Below are positions 63,032-64,000 of a stretch of 64,000 nucleotides of DNA, one piece after another. A program made the translations under genes and the position numbers. Where the stretch lies: NCBI GenBank assembly GCA_051362555.1, contig CM120646.1:6262001-6326000 (forward strand), written 5' to 3'. Source of the DNA: Lingula anatina. Lineage: Eukaryota; Animalia; Brachiopoda. The notes below the pieces were generated by a model. It was not told the DNA's origin and ran no database searches. It saw nothing but the letters and a program-made list of their open reading frames with translations. Every line of letters starts with the position of its first letter. The stretch's first letter is position 1.

Positions 63032-64000
63032 CTAGAAAGAATTAAGACACAGTGCGGTCATATTTTATTAACATTTTAAAAATGTAGAAACATTTTTAAA
63101 TGTGGGAACATCAAAATGTCATTGTGGTAGGTTTATATAGGTCAGATAAAAGAAATGAATCCCTGTAGTACGTGACAGTAGGTCAATACTGCACCTAGAC
63201 CCTTAGATAAACTACATGCAAGACCCAAATTCCATAATTTACATAGTCATCCTTGATAACTGAAATGATCGCCTAGATAGACAAGTTGTTGCCAGGATGA
63301 TAAAAACAGACAGATATGCATGTAAAGGAGGCCAAGTAACTGACAGTGAAACACACAAAAATTTCATGATTAAATAGGAACTCATGTATGTAGTTCTACC
63401 TCAGATATGAATGCGATTGATTCTAATGACACTTTAAAGGACCTACCCCAACATAGCTCTACCTACCTCAACTGGGCATAGAATCTCAGCCATGTTGAAA
63501 TGCAATTAAAATATCTTTCAAGCTATACGCTATCGTGCGACAAAATGTCCCTTTCGGTATTGAAAAGCTTGACTTTCTCTTTCTCTCACGAAAGTTTGAC
63601 GATATTGGAATAAGATTGTGACGTTTATAATTATTGCTAAGCCTAAAGACCCATGCAGATTATCGATGCTAGACGGGGGGAGATCTGGGGATTACAGGGG
63701 TTTTCACTTGTTACCAGATAATTAAATGACAATCACATGTTCAAAGTGCGCCAATGTTAGAACTCTGTATATTGTCAACATCAAAACCAACCCAGCGACC
63801 CCTCCTCACATAACCGATGAATTTTATAGATCAAATTATCGCTAAGTCATAGCACAAGGTTTCTGTGGACGACCAGCAAATGCTCATAATTGACTTACAG
63901 AGTGCATTAAACGTGTTGTGACGGTAGTCGGCACAACGATAAATCTGTGTCGAAGGCTTAATGGAAATCAATTAATAGATTTCACTGCACGACTTACAGG

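Noticed and set aside
62423-63045. Plus-strand ORFs of 82-105 aa
   Set aside because: Antisense shadows of the 422-aa minus-strand ORF.

Overview
AT-rich eukaryotic (animal) genomic DNA with spliceosomal introns and dense non-autonomous transposons. The repeat types suggest a marine invertebrate such as a mollusc (inference). Genes reconstructed by hand: (1) a cluster of four intact three-exon paralogs plus one fragment (1.5-30 kb) encoding an unrecognised 114-124 aa protein with an MEKE.. N-terminus and a conserved Gln/Leu-rich helical C-terminus, which the ORF track does not assemble; (2) a complete 7-exon CHMP5 (ESCRT-III) gene; (3) a head-to-head pair of TspO/MBR-like multi-pass membrane protein paralogs, one with an in-frame TAG inside a 6-nt insertion; (4) a large single exon (61.7-63.0 kb) encoding a protein with an HAE...CxxC zinc-deaminase-like signature. 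The rest is Helentron-associated (HINE-type) elements with internal tandem arrays, many MITEs (Harbinger-, MULE-, Kolobok- and IS3EU-like, plus CAG..CTG elements with 5-bp TSDs), L1/Tx1 and Gypsy remnants, and a G-rich 34-bp minisatellite. I found no rRNA, tRNA or CRISPR array.
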